Positions 41,818-56,721 of a DNA stretch of 64,000 bases are shown here, piece after piece; position 1 is the stretch's first letter; the number at the start of each line of letters is the position of its first letter. The DNA comes from Eledone cirrhosa. Its lineage: Eukaryota. The stretch covers positions 62,001-126,000 of the forward strand of contig CAXHJY010001737.1 of the NCBI GenBank assembly GCA_964016885.1. Direction: 5' to 3'. The translations under genes were made by a program, and so were the position numbers. The notes under the pieces were generated by a model. It worked only from the letters and a program-made list of their open reading frames with translations, was not told the DNA's origin and ran no database searches.

Positions 41818-42231
41818 GTGAAGAAGTGAAGAGGAAAGGGGGAGCGCCTCCTCTCTGGGCTTCCCCCGCGAAAAGGGTTGCACACTTTTCGGGGGTATGT
41901 GCAATCCCGAACACGCCCCCTCACTTTTGAGGACTTTTTATTATTATATTATTATTGTTATTCCCTTTTCTTTACTCGATTTATGTAAACTCCCCCACTG
42001 TGTATTTGTCCCCTTCTTTTGTACCCTCGTGGCAAATAAATAGAAATTTATCTATCTATTTATCTATGTCTCTGTCTCCTCTCCATCTGTCACTCACTTT
42101 CTTTCTATCTCCTCTCTCTATATCTCTCTGTCTGTTTGTCTGTTTCTATTTATCCATCCATCCATCCACCCAAATCCTACCCCCTCCCTCTCTCTCTCCA
42201 TCTATCTACCTACCTATCTCTCTCTCTATCT

Positions 42232-42880
42232 CTCCATAACAGTCTCTCTATCATTACCCCCCCCACTCTCCATAACAGTCTCTCTATCATTACCCCCCAC
42301 TCTCCATAACAGTCTCTCTATCATTACCCCCCCACTCTCCATAACAGTCTCTCTATCATTACCCCCCACTCTCCATAACAGTCTCTCTATCATTACCCCC
42401 CCACTCTCCATAACAGTCTCTCTATCATTACCCCCTCTCTCTCCATAACAGTCTCTCTATCATTACTCCCCCACTCTCCATAACAGTTTCTCTATCATTA
42501 CCCCCCTCTCTCCATAACAGTCTCTCTATCATTACTCCCCCACTCTCCATAACAGTTTCTCTATCATTACCCCCCTCTCTCCATAACAGTCTCTCTATCA
42601 TTACCCCCCACTCTCCATAACAGTCTCTCTATCATTACCCCCCACTCTCCATAACAGTCTCTCTATCATTACCCCCTCTCTCTCCATAACAGTCTCTCTA
42701 TCATTACTCCCCCACTCTCCATAACAGTTTCTCTATCATTACCCCCCTCTCTCCATAACAGTCTCTCTATCATTACCCCCCTCTCCATAACAGTCTCTCT
42801 ATCATTACACCCCCCCCCCTCTCTCCATAACAGTCTCTCTATCATTACCCCCCCTCTCTCTCCATAACAGTCTCTCTATC
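42232..42880. repeat. Minisatellite, about 33-36 bp unit (ctctccataacagtctctctatcattacccccca)
   Basis: Direct inspection. Confidence 0.95.
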
Positions 42881-43221
42881 TATAAATCAAACCACAGATG
42901 ATTTCACCGAAAGCGGTCGTTTATTACAAAGTTAATTAATATATATTCAAACAGAATTGCAATTTAATTAACAATCGAATTAGCAAAAGGCATTGATTAC
43001 ACGCACATACACCTCCCCAACCCCTACCACTTATTCTCCTTCACTTTCACCTCCTCCTCCTGTTCTCTCTCCCCTTCACACACACTCTCTCTGTGTCTCT
43101 GTTTCTGTTTTAGCAAACATCTCCTACGTGACGTCATCGCTATAGCCTGGCCACCATATTTGAAGAGTATATAACATCCTTTGTTTATCATTCTGGGGGG
43201 GGGGGGGGGGTCTTTAGGGGG

Positions 43222-44380
43222 TTAGATTGGCAGAAATTGGTAGAGCGTCAAACAACATGATTTACGGACAAGATGCCGTCACGGGTCATTACGTTCTGAG
43301 TTCAAATCTCGCCGAGGTTAACTTTGCCTTTCACCCTTACGGGGTCGATAAAAATAAAGTACCAGTCACGCACTGGGGTCGATTTAATCGACTTTCCCCT
43401 CCCCCAAAATTGCTGACCTTGTGCCTATATAAGAAACTATTATTCTTGAGGGTCTTTAGGGGGTTAGATTGCGAGAAATGGGTAGAGCGTCATACAACAG
43501 GATTTACGGATAAGATGCGCCACCGGTCATTAGGTTCTGAGTTCAAATCTCGCTGAGGCCATCTTTGCCTTTCACCTTTAAGGGGTCGATAAAAATAAAG
43601 TACCAGTAACACAGTGGAGTCGATTTAATCTACTTCCCCTCCCCCAAAATTATTGACCTTGTGCCTAAACCAGAAACCATGGCAATGGGCGTAGGATTGG
43701 CAGTATCGGTAGAGGGTAGGACGCCATGTTTTGCACCATAGAGTTACGGCCCTTTATGATGTGAGTTCAAATCCCGCCGAGGTTAAACATTGCCTTTCAT
43801 CCTTACGGGGTCGATAAAATAAAGTACCAGTAATACACTGAGACAATTGCTGGCCTTGTGCCTAACGTAGAAACAATTATTATATGGTGGATTGGCAGTA
43901 TCGGTAGAGGATCGGACGCCATGCTTTAACGCATAGAGTTACGGCCCTTGCCATTCAAATCCCGCCGAGGTTAACATTGCCTTTCATCCTTACGGGGGTC
44001 GATAAAATAAAGTACCAGTAATACACTGGGATAATTGCTGGCCTTGTGTCAAAAGTAGAAACAATTATTTTTATGCATTTTTAAATGCACTGGGGTCGAT
44101 TTAATCTACGCCCGCCGCCCTATAAATTGTTCGCTTTGCGCCTAAACCAGAAACCATTATTCTCGAGTCTTTAGGGGGTTAAATTAGAAGTAATTGGTAG
44201 AGCCTCTGACAATATGATTAACGGCATAGAGTTTCATCCCTTTGCGTTCTGAGTTTAACTTTGCATTTCATCCTTGCGGGCTGGATAAAATGAAGTACCA
44301 GTCACGCACTGGGGTCGATTTGATCTACTTTCCCCTTCTCCCAAATTGTTGGCCTTGTGCCTAAATCAGCAACCATGATT
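43222..44380 (+). mobile_element. Head-to-tail cluster of at least five SINE A copies (two subfamilies)
   Basis: Repeated ttggcag...gttcaaatc...gcctttca...agtaccag...agaaac units. Confidence 0.9.
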
Positions 44381-44420
44381 ACTGAGTGTTTAGGGTCTAT
44401 GGATTGGCAAAATCAGTATA

Positions 44421-44794
<374 letters not shown>

Positions 44795-44894
44795 ACATAT
44801 TTATATATAACTTTGAATAACTTTGAAATGTTTTGGCCAGTATTGGCCCAGGCCATGTCTAACTTAATAGCACCACCTGGCGAAGTCTTTCAAT

Positions 44895-46672
44895 TCAGGA
44901 TTTGGGCACCATGGCCCATTCGAGAAGAGAATTACTGTTTGCGGAGACATATCCGGGTGTGGGTGGTTTGTCCGGGATTACTTGGAGGAATTTGTCCAAA
45001 GACTTCTTGAATTTTATGTGGTCAGTTTCTGTTTTGACGTGTCCTGGTGTGATGTTGAAGAGAGCAGGGCCGATTGAGGTGAAATAATTGTGCCGTATTG
45101 TTGTTATGAGTTGCGATTTAGATTTTTGAATGGGACGGATAGCACGGGGCCCAAGCCTTGGGTGTATCTTGAAGGCGATGCCAACATCATTTGGGCAGTG
45201 ATGATGGAACATTTTCCACATCATGCAGATAATATAACGCTCACGGCGACGTTGGAGTGAGTAAAGTTTCAGGTTTTCTAATCGACCCCAGTAGTCAAGG
45301 TCTGACATGCCATCTATCTTTTTCGTGATTGCCCTTTGAGGAGCTTCAAGTTTCATGATACTTTGTTTCGTGTGGGGAGACCACAGTGGACAACAGTATT
45401 CAAGGTGTGGTCGGGCGAAAGTAGAGAAGAGAAGGATAATGGTGCGGGAATCTCTCGACTGGAAGGTTCTGAGGATCCAGGAACACATTCTGCGGGCCAT
45501 GTCAACTTTGCTGCTTATATGCGTGGTCCAGCTTATGTTGCTGTCCACGGTTACTCCCAAGTCTCTGATGTTGTTAGATGCCACGAGAGTTTCCCCGGAG
45601 GGAAGGGAGTACGGGAGTTTCAGAGCATCCTCTTTTCCAAAGTGGATCAGTTCGAATTTGTCTTCGTTCAGTAACATGTTGTTCTTTTCTGCCCATTGGG
45701 TAACAGCCAGTAGGTCTGACTGAAGGCTTATCCGGTCATCCACGCCATTGATGACCTTTTGGAGCTTGGAATCATCAGCGAAAATTTTAATGTTGCTGTG
45801 TTTGATGATGTCAGTGATGTCATTAATATAGATGATGAAGAGAAGTGGGCCCAACACAGTGCCTTGTGGGACCCCACTACTGACTTTGGCTGGGCTTGAT
45901 TTGACTCCCTCAACTACAACATGTTGGGTTCTGTTTGACAGGAAGCTCTTGATCCACTGCAGCAGCTTTCCAGTGACACCAATATTGGACAGCTTTCTCA
46001 GTAGAATGTTGTGATCAACCCTGTCAAAGGCCTTGCTGAAATCAAGGTAGATAACATCAGTGTTGGAACCCTCTCCCAAGGCTCTCAAAATGTCATCAAA
46101 GTGATGCAGTAGCTGCGTCAGGCAATCCCTTCCATTACGGAATCCATGCTGGTTGGAGTTCAGCATATTGTTACTCTCAAGGAAGTGGGTCATTCGCGAT
46201 CTCACCACTCTCTCAAATACCTTAATGATATGAGAGGTGAGTGAGATTGGACGGTAATTCACGGCAAGGGATTTGTTTCCCTTTTTGAAAACTGGGACAA
46301 CAGACTGGGATAGAAGGTTTTCTGGCACATATCCAGCATCCAGTGAGTTCCGCCACAGATTGGCAAGAGGAGATGCAAGTTGGTGTTGACACGCCTTCAA
46401 GACACAAGCAGGGAACCTATCGGGACCTACTGCTGAATTATGCTTGATTTCCTTTATTGCCGCCAAGACATCAGGGGCGCCAAACGTTATGTCCGATAAG
46501 GTGTAATGGGGAGTAACATCGCCGATACAGCCCAGATCGGCCATATCAGGATTGCTGAAAACAGAGCAGTATTGTTTCTGCAGTATCTCACCCATGGTTT
46601 TAGCATTGTCTTGAAGAGTGCCATTTTCATCAATTAGAGGGCCAACAGTAGAGCCAGTGATTTTGTGTTTTT
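44895..46672 (-). mobile_element. 5'-truncated CR1-group LINE with an uninterrupted RT frame (ORF 44895-46595)
   Basis: [64 protein letters not shown]...NSL. Confidence 0.93.
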
Positions 46673-46853
46673 TTGCAAATATATATGTTCATATATATTT
46701 ATATATATACGTTAATACACACACACACAAAGGAGATATATGTATATACATATATAAAGAGCCGTATATCGTATAAGAAACACAATATATTGTATATATA
46801 TATATATATCAAATACATATTCTATAGAAGAATATATATACACATATATATAT

Positions 46854-46976
<123 letters not shown>

Positions 46977-47420
46977 GGTGTGTGTGTATATATATATACG
47001 GTATATATATATATATACATATATATACACCGTATATAAGTGGTATATATTACAAAACAGACAGATGTAAATTAAGGAACATTCCAGAAATCTTTGATAA
47101 ATTAACGGAAATCATCTTATTTCTGATTGGAATCCCTTGCAGCCCTATTGACTAATTTACTTTCTTTATCTCTTTCTTTTGTCCTTTCTTTCTCTCTTTC
47201 TGTCATTCTTTCTTTCCTTCTTTCTTTCTCTCTATTTCTTTTTTCTTTCCTTCTTTATCTCTTTCGCTCTCTCTTTGTTTGTTTGATTCTTTCTTTTCTT
47301 CTTTCATTTCTTTTACTATTTTTTCTTTCTTTCTCTCTCTTTGTTTGTTTCTTTCTTTCTTTCCTTGTTTCATTTCTTTCACTCTTTTTTCTTTCTCTCT
47401 CTCTCTCTCTCTCTCTCTCC

Positions 47421-47463
<43 letters not shown>

Positions 47464-47800
47464 CTCTTTGATTGTTTGTTTGTTTGTTTCTTTCCTTTTT
47501 TCATTTCTTTCACCTCTATTTTCTTTCTTTCTTTCTCTCTTTCTTTGGCCCTTTCTTTCACTCTTTGCTTGATTCTATCTTTTTGTACTCCCCCCATCTC
47601 TCCAACTCTCTCTCTCCCTCCCTCATTATTCATTCATTCATTTAGCCGTCCATTCATTCGCTCTTCATCTATTATTTTTGTTGATATTGTTGTTATTGTT
47701 ATAGTTGTAGTTGTAGTTTATGCTGGCATAGTTGTAGTTGTTGTAGTTGTAGTTGTTGTTGTTGTAGTTGTTGTAGTTGTTATTGTTGTAGTTGTTGTAG

Positions 47801-47834
<34 letters not shown>

Positions 47835-48028
47835 AGTTGTTGTAGTTGTTATTGTTGTAGTTGTTGTAGTTGTTGTAGTTGTTGTTGTTGTTGTTGTTGT
47901 TGTTGTTGCGGCTAATTCAAGGTTGGAGGGAATTTCAGAAATTGAGAAATCTTAGCTAAATGAACCTCTGATGGCCAGGATGTATATATATATATTATAT
48001 ATATATATATGCTGATATATATATATAC

Positions 48029-48087
<59 letters not shown>

Positions 48088-48353
48088 ATATATAATATAT
48101 ATAATATATATATATAAACATATATGCTGATATATATACATACATACTCATATATATATAAACATATATACATTTACATATAGACATATATATATATGTG
48201 TGTCTATAATTTATATATATATAGGTATACTTACATGTATGTATGTATATATATATTTATATACATATATGTATGCATACATACCCACATGTACACACAT
48301 ACATACACGCACATATATATTTATATATATATGTATTTAAGTACAAACGTACA

Positions 48354-48406
<53 letters not shown>

Positions 48407-48414
48407 GTATATAT

Positions 48415-48487
<73 letters not shown>

Positions 48488-48584
48488 GTATATATATACA
48501 AACCACACATAAACAGACACAAAATTCTTCAAATGAACCTTAATCTTAAAGTTCAAGAGATTTACATAATGAATGTGTGTACAT

Positions 48585-48671
<87 letters not shown>

Positions 48672-48790
48672 TAAGTGCCTGTATATAATAGTACCCTTAA
48701 ACAAGAATTAGGGTCTACTCTCAAATTAGATCCCTTTCCCAAATTCTTGCATAAATGTACGAACAAATTAGGATGTTATTACAACACTCA

Positions 48791-48871
<81 letters not shown>

Positions 48872-48890
48872 ATATATTGTATATATATAC

Positions 48891-48944
<54 letters not shown>

Positions 48945-49047
48945 ATATATATATATTGATAAATTGTATATATATACAATATATTAATATATATATACAG
49001 TATATATATACAATATATCAATATATATATATATATATATATAATCA

Positions 49048-49134
<87 letters not shown>

Positions 49135-49214
49135 CACACACAAATCAATACAGATAACCATTCTAATTCGAACATTTTTTTGATTAATACTACGTCCTCC
49201 ACCTCCACCTCCAC

Positions 49215-49277
<63 letters not shown>

Positions 49278-49430
49278 GAAAGATTTGAATGGATACAGTT
49301 TAGTTGAAAGGAATTTATTGACACGTGTTTCTATAACAGTTACATAACCTAAAACAGCTGCTATCTACAAACTTTTAGTTATGCAGACATTCAATATTTC
49401 AATGTTATTATTTACTGTCATTTCATCAGA

Positions 49431-51441
49431 ATAATATTACTGTAGTAAAAGCGGACAAAACATCAAACCTGTACACTATGGATTGCACTACATACAACAA
49501 CTTCATTCGAAAAGAATTACATAAAAAATATAGAAAAACGAGTGAAGTAACCCTTAAGCACATCAATGATGAGGCATGCGAAATAGTGAAAAATCTCGGA
49601 ATCGAAGATAGGACAGGACCACTCTTACGGCGGTACCCACCTTCAATCTTAAGGACCACAAGGTAAACTTTGATAATGACCCTAAAATTAGATTAATCTG
49701 CCCCTCTAAATCAGATATAGGTAAAATAAGCAAATATATCTTAGATAGAATCATCCCCCAAATTAAGGCTAAGGTTAACATTAAACTCTGGGGGAAGACC
49801 CAAGAAGCAATAAGATGGTTTAATAGCATTAGCAATAAGAATAAATCTAAGTTTATCCAGTTTGATATCGATGAATATTACTCATCGATATCACCTGAAA
49901 CTTTGAATAGAGCCATTAAGTTTGCTAAGGATAACTCTGACCTTACAAACGATGAAATTAAGATTATATTAGAAGCTAGGAAAACTATAGTCAAATTTGA
50001 GAACAGTTATTGGGTACGTAAAGATAGACCCTCTAACTTTGACATAACAATGGGCTCTAACGATTCGGCGGAAATAACTGATATTGTGGGGTTATTTATC
50101 GCCTTTAGACTCCAGGAAAAATTCAGCAATCTCCACGGCGGAATATACCGCGACGATGTTCTCCTCCTAGCTAAAAACCTTAATAACCAAAAACTAGAAA
50201 AACTACGCAAAGATATAAGAAAACTACTACTCGAAATAGGACTAACTATAACATATGAATACAACCTTAAAGTAGTTAACTTCCTGGATGTCACACTCAA
50301 TTTAAACTCTGGTTTGATTAAACCGCTTCATAAATTGAATGAAAATCTCAAATACGTAAATGTTGGGTCTAACCACCCCATCTCTATAATTAAATCTATC
50401 CCTAAAAATATTTCCCTTAGAATCTCGGGTCTATCTTCTAACATACAAGTATTTAAGGAACACGCCGAGTACTACGATAACGCCCTTAGTAAAGCAGGCT
50501 ACCTCAACAAAATAGAGTACATAGATGGGAACAATCAAAACACCCAAAATAAATCCCACATAGGTAGATATAATAACACAACACCAAACCACACTTACTA
50601 CCATAGTATGCACACCAATAAACCAACAAACAAAACTAATAGAAAGCGATGCAAAGAGTACTTATGGTATAACCCTGAATACAATAGCTCCATTAGTACA
50701 AATTTACCAGTACTCTTCTTTAAAATAATTAAAAGACATTTTCCCACATCACACAAATACCACAAAATCCTAAACCCTACCACTATAAGACTGTCATACT
50801 CTACAGCGTTAAACCTTGAACAACACATAAAAAAGATCAATACTAGAAGGTTAAACGAAAACACTAAGAACTTAAGTACAAAGAACACAAAAAAAGCAGT
50901 AGACAATACACTACAGAACATAAATAAACCACACCTAAGTTCGTCCGCAATACTACTCCAGAGAAAACCCAACGTACACAACTGTAACTGCACCTATCCT
51001 GACAACTGCCCCCTCGGCAATAACTGCCTGGAAAAAAATATTATTTATAAGTGTACCATTAAATCCGGAGGCAACGAGTGGTATTACGTGGGATCAACGG
51101 CAACATCGTTTAAATCTCGATTGTATAGGCATTCTTACTCAATAAAACACCAGAGCCAAAGAAATGTAACAACTTTAGCAGAAAAAGCTTGGACGCTCAG
51201 GGATAGCGATCAAAAGTTTACCCTAAAATGGGAAAAATTAGCTAAAACCCAAAGCTTTTCCAGGAGCCAAAATTTCTGCAAATTGTGTAATCTTGAGATT
51301 TATTACATAATCACGCACAAGAAGAAACTGCTGAATAACAGAATTGAACGAACATTATTCTGCCGTCACAGAACTAAAACCCTTTTTTTCCCACTACAAG
51401 CCGAATATTACATAAAAGAGGGACATCCCCCAACTATATAA
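49431..51441 (+). pseudogene. PLE reverse transcriptase + GIY-YIG ORF (5'-truncated, one frameshift near 49620)
   Basis: VVKADKTSNLY, LKDHK..F...RLICPSKS, FIQFDIDEYYSSI, FDITMGS, YRDD, NFLDVT, CNCTYPDNCP, IIYK...YVGST, CKLC. Confidence 0.93.
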
Positions 51442-51527
51442 ACCTTAATCTAGTTAGAAAAATATAAAAACAATCTCTTCTCAACATATATTAATAACCT
51501 TAAATTACCATACTAATAATGGAAAGA

Positions 51528-51585
51528 TATGCTGATGAGAATAGGTACAAATATGCGATAATGAATGTGTCTAAAAACGTCCATA
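51528..51585 (+). ncRNA. Degenerate hammerhead in the PLE 3' UTR (GAAA>AAAA)
   Basis: tatg CTGATGA gaa taggtaca...tgtgtcta AAAA cg TC cata. Stems I, II and palindromic III are present; core G12 is lost. Confidence 0.6.
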
Positions 51586-51682
51586 AGTATGTATATATAT
51601 GTGAAAATGTATATAAATAAGTAAATATATATATATGTTTGATGTGTATAGTTAGATGTAAGTGTATTCATGTATTAAAGTG

Positions 51683-51725
<43 letters not shown>

Positions 51726-52272
51726 ATGTATGTATGTGTATATGGATGTGTATGTATGTGTATGTGTGTACACATGGACTAGAGTATGTATGTATATATG
51801 TGTGTGTCTATACGTGTGTATATAAAGATAAGTTGAGTATGAAAATGTATACACATGAGCGCGTATGTATGTACATGAATACATGTGTGTATATATATGT
51901 GTATGCATGTGTATATATATGTAAGTATGAATATGTGAATTGTGAGTATATGTATTTGTGTGTGAATGCGTGGGTGAAAGGATACGTACACTTGAAAGAA
52001 AAATTTAAGTCTGAATGTTAATTAAGTGCAAACACAAAACCAACCACGCATATCTTTACTATCTCTAATCCTTCTATAGATTTAGAAAAATAACCAATAA
52101 TATATTCTATAAAAAATGTCAAAACAACAGATGGGAATCTAATTACTCACTGCCACCAAGAATTCTCACTGCTATCGAAAAACCACTCCACCACTCCTTC
52201 AACTATTCCTCTAACAACTTCACCCCTCCCTCCTAATATTCTCTATAAAAACTAAATAGGTCCTCAGTAATA

Positions 52273-52328
52273 TTATTCTGATGAAATGACAGTAAATAAT
52301 AACATTGAAATATTGAATGTCTGCATAA
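52273..52328 (+). ncRNA. Hammerhead core in the PLE pseudo-LTR (weak stem I); inverted twin at about 49379-49434
   Basis: CTGATGA aatg...catt GAAA tattgaatg TC. Stems II and III pair; stem I is poor. Confidence 0.6.
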
Positions 52329-52542
52329 CTAAAAGTTTGTAGATAGCAGCTGTTTTAGGTTATGTAACTGTTATAGAAACACGTGTCAATAAATTCCTTT
52401 CAACTAAACTGTATCCATTCAAATCTTTCTATTTTTCTCCGGATTACTTTTGGAACTACAACTGGAACCGTCGAGCAAACTCTACGTGAGCTGATAATCT
52501 ACTGTATGTAATATTTATATTACAACACAACGGAAAATACTG

Positions 52543-52573
<31 letters not shown>

Positions 52574-52787
52574 GAACTGCTTTGAGGGAGCTTTGATAGG
52601 CATCGGTGAGGATCGAACACGTTTATCTGCTTGTTTAATCCTGGAGATAAACATCTCGTGTAAATTGAATATATCTATATATATATATATATACACACAC
52701 AATATATATATATATTTTATATATATACATCTATATATATATACAATATATATATATATATATATACAATATATATATATATATACA

Positions 52788-52840
<53 letters not shown>

Positions 52841-53053
52841 ATATATATATATATGAAAAAAGTTTGTCCTTCATCAGTGATCTTCCAACCATCATAGGCA
52901 TTTCATCGCTTTAAAGACCATATACCTCCGGTTGGTGCGAGCAACGGCTAAAAAAAGTCGTTGGGACACGTAAATAAAGGGGACGCGAGGGTAAACAAAC
53001 AAAATGGTAAAGCAACAGAAAGTACAATATATATATATATATATACAATATAT

Positions 53054-53085
<32 letters not shown>

Positions 53086-53102
53086 CAATATATATATATA
53101 CA

Positions 53103-53264
<162 letters not shown>

Positions 53265-53438
53265 TTATATATATACAATATATATATACATATTTATATA
53301 TATACAATATATATATATTTATATATATATACAATATATATATATTTATATAATATACAATATATATATATATTTATATATATGTATATATTATATATAT
53401 GTGTATATATATATATATTTATATATATATATATACAC

Positions 53439-53469
<31 letters not shown>

Positions 53470-53659
53470 ATACACATATATATATACATACATATATATA
53501 TATATACATACATATATATATATATATATACATATATATATACATACATATACATATATAGATACATATACATACATATATATATATACATACATATACA
53601 TATATACATACATATACATATATACATACATATACATACATACATATACATACATACAC

Positions 53660-53694
<35 letters not shown>

Positions 53695-54138
53695 CATATA
53701 TATATGCGTATATATACATATATATATATATATATATACGTACATATATATATATATATATACATATATATACATATATATAAAACTATTGTGGAAAACA
53801 CAGATAAAAGAAGCCAAGACGAAATATGGCACGTAGTTACACATCACACAGACATACACACGTATACACACGTATACACAAACACTCAGAGACACCAAGG
53901 TACACACGTACACACATGTAGACATACACACTCGCAATCTTTTTAATCCCCTCTCCCTTTCTCTTCATAGACACATATGTGTGTGTGTGTATATATATGT
54001 GTGTGTGTGAGTGTCTCTCTCTCTCTCTATATATATATATATAAACATATGTGTGTGTGTTTGCTGTTTGTATATATGTGTGCATGCCCGAATTTACACA
54101 TACAAGCACACAAACATGCACATAAATATACACAAGCG

Positions 54139-54219
<81 letters not shown>

Positions 54220-54529
54220 TATATATATATAAAGTATATATATATAAAGTATATATATATATATATACCATGAATGTTACGTACTGCACTGTCATATCGA
54301 TCAGAAATCGATTGCTGACATCTGTGAAAATGTAGCAGAAACAAAAGTTCGAAGTTACAAATATAAAAAAAAATAACTAATAATAATATTAATAATAAGA
54401 TATAAAAAAATAAATAAATTAAGAATGAAAATCATCAGGTCACCCCCACCCCAACTACACCAGCCCCACCCCACCACACTCCATCCCACTTCTCACCCCA
54501 AAAAATGTTAAACACCGCAGGAATCGATA

Positions 54530-55160
54530 ATAGAACAACAACATCAACACCAACAACAACATCAACACCAACAACAACATCAACAACAACAATAACATCA
54601 ACAATAACAACAACAACACCATCATCATCAACCAGAACAATATCAACAATAAATTCATCACCATAAATAATATCTACCAGAACAACAACAACGACAATAA
54701 CAACAATAACAACAGCAAAACAAACAACTTCAACAACAACAACAACAACAACAACAACAGCATCAACCACAACCACAACAACTACCACAACAATCACAAC
54801 AGCAATAATAACAATAACAAGAACAACAACAACTGCCGCCGCAACAACAGCAACAAAAACCACAACAACAAACAACTACTACCAGAACAACAACGACAAC
54901 AACCACTATCACCACTAACAGTACCACAACCACAGTAACAGCAACCATCACAACAGTCATTACAACAACAACCACCACAATAACAACAACAACCACCACG
55001 ATAACCATAATCACTACAACAACAACCACCATAATCACAACAACAACAACAACTACCACCACACCACCACCACCACAACAACAACCACAACAACAACAAC
55101 CGCCACAACAACAACCACCAATACAAGAACAATCATAACAACAACAACAATAATAATGAT
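54530..55160. repeat. (AAC)n/(ACC)n low-complexity tract
   Basis: Direct inspection. Confidence 0.92.
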
Positions 55161-55633
55161 GAAAACAATAAAAAATAGGTTTAAAAAAAACAAAATGTCT
55201 CCCTTCGAGAAAAATACATCGGAAATCGGAGAACTCGTTAACACTACTTCCGGTTGCCCCATTTCCATTTCCGTTTCATGAAAAAAATCATAGATGTCAA
55301 AATTTATAGGACATCTACTTGCTGGAATCAACTAAATATACTCTATACCCACGTATTTTACTGGTATGTAACTCGAGTCGGGTATAGGGATTCTGTATAG
55401 TCGGCCGCTTAAGTCCGCGAGAAATGAAAACTAAATATTTCCCAGATAATAACTTATTGTCTTATAAAATATGATCTGGTGGGGATGGACATACTTGGTG
55501 ACTTAGTTACTGCTATAGTCGTAAGGGTGCTATCATGACACAGCGTGTCATAGGTATTTTAACCCGGCGGAACCCATCCCTCTCAAGGTCGGAACACAAC
55601 CCACTCCACCATTCCTTTCTTCTAGAGAGAGGA

Positions 55634-55723
<90 letters not shown>

Positions 55724-55770
55724 AATCACTCTCTCTCTCTCTCTATATATATATATTTATATATATATGA

Positions 55771-55963
55771 TATTTAATATAGAAATGTCTTCTACAGGAT
55801 TAGAACTGTTTCATTCGAAGGAAATCATCATGGCTCTCCTGATGGTTTACTTCGAATGAAACAGTTCTCGTCCTGTAGAAGCCATTTCTATATTAAATAT
55901 TGTATATACTCTACTATGCATTGAGTAGCTTACTGTGGTTACCCACGATTGAACCTGGGATAC
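55771..55963 (+). mobile_element. Older fold-back mini-element with a degenerate hammerhead in each arm plus tail
   Basis: Arms at about 55771-55830 / 55840-55900; tggctctc CTGATGG...GAAA cag ttctcgtc ctg TA gaagcca. Relatives at 18843-18983 and about 9095-9198. Confidence 0.7.
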
Positions 55964-56023
55964 ACACAACACAACACACACGCACATATATATGTATACA
56001 CACATATATATACATACGTACAT

Positions 56024-56101
<78 letters not shown>

Positions 56102-56127
56102 GTTAAAAGCTTAATAGAGTCAGAAAA

Positions 56128-56166
56128 ATTGTTAACATTTCGGACGTTGGACCTTCATCGGACAAT
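56128..56166 (-). ncRNA. Degenerate minimal hammerhead
   Basis: attgt CCGATGA aggtccaacgtcc GAAA tgt TA acaat. Stem I is 5 bp; core U4>C. Confidence 0.45.
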
Positions 56167-56678
56167 AGAAGAAGAAATAGGAAAGATCAGAGTAAGAGAA
56201 AGAAAAAACGGAAAACATTTTTTCACGGGAGAAAAGGGGTGTATTGATCCCTTGATCCCCCATCTCTCTCCCTCTTTATATATATATATATATATAGTGA
56301 AAAATAAAAGTGTTGAACAAACGAACAACGATGGTTGCTAGACACTACGGCTTAATACGGGATGTTTGTTTACAAACACACCGAGCATTATAATAAATGT
56401 TCGGTGAATCCATACGTACATATATATATGTGTGCATGTATGTATATATATATATACATACTACTGTACGTCTGTATACATATATGTATGTACGTGTACA
56501 TACTTATATTTAAGTAACAGCCGTACTAAGAGTGGGAAATGAAATTTCGTTTCATTTTTTCCGTTTATCGTTTTCGGTGCACCCGGCCGATTAACCCACT
56601 CGATATGCAAATTGGGCTATTCAGCCGTTAATATGCATAAGGTAAGTATATACGTTCAACAATCTGGCAGGAAGGTAT

Positions 56679-56721
56679 ACGTTGCTGACGATAGCTAATA
56701 AGCTTGAAACTAGTACAGCGT
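56679..56721 (+). ncRNA. Type I hammerhead ribozyme (retrozyme unit 1)
   Basis: acgttg CTGACGA t agct aata agct t GAAA ctag TA cagcgt. GUA cut after 56715; palindromic stem III ACTAGT. Confidence 0.9.

Larger units (their letters stand above)
36360..42047 (+). mobile_element. Near full-length Tx1/L1-clade LINE
   Basis: 5' UTR, ORF1, ORF2 and 3' UTR with AATAAA. Candidate 20-bp TSD ttatctatctatttatctat at 36340-36359 and 42048-42067. Confidence 0.92.
49275..52542 (+). mobile_element. 5'-truncated Penelope-like element with a 168-bp inverted pseudo-LTR (49275-49442 vs 52265-52432) and 110-bp 3' tail
   Basis: The arms read as exact reverse complements; RT plus GIY-YIG ORF lies between them; (TA)n on both flanks. 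Confidence 0.95.

Noticed and set aside
52860-52885. Minus-strand CTGATGA
   Set aside because: Truncated by (TA)n before any GAAA or stem III.
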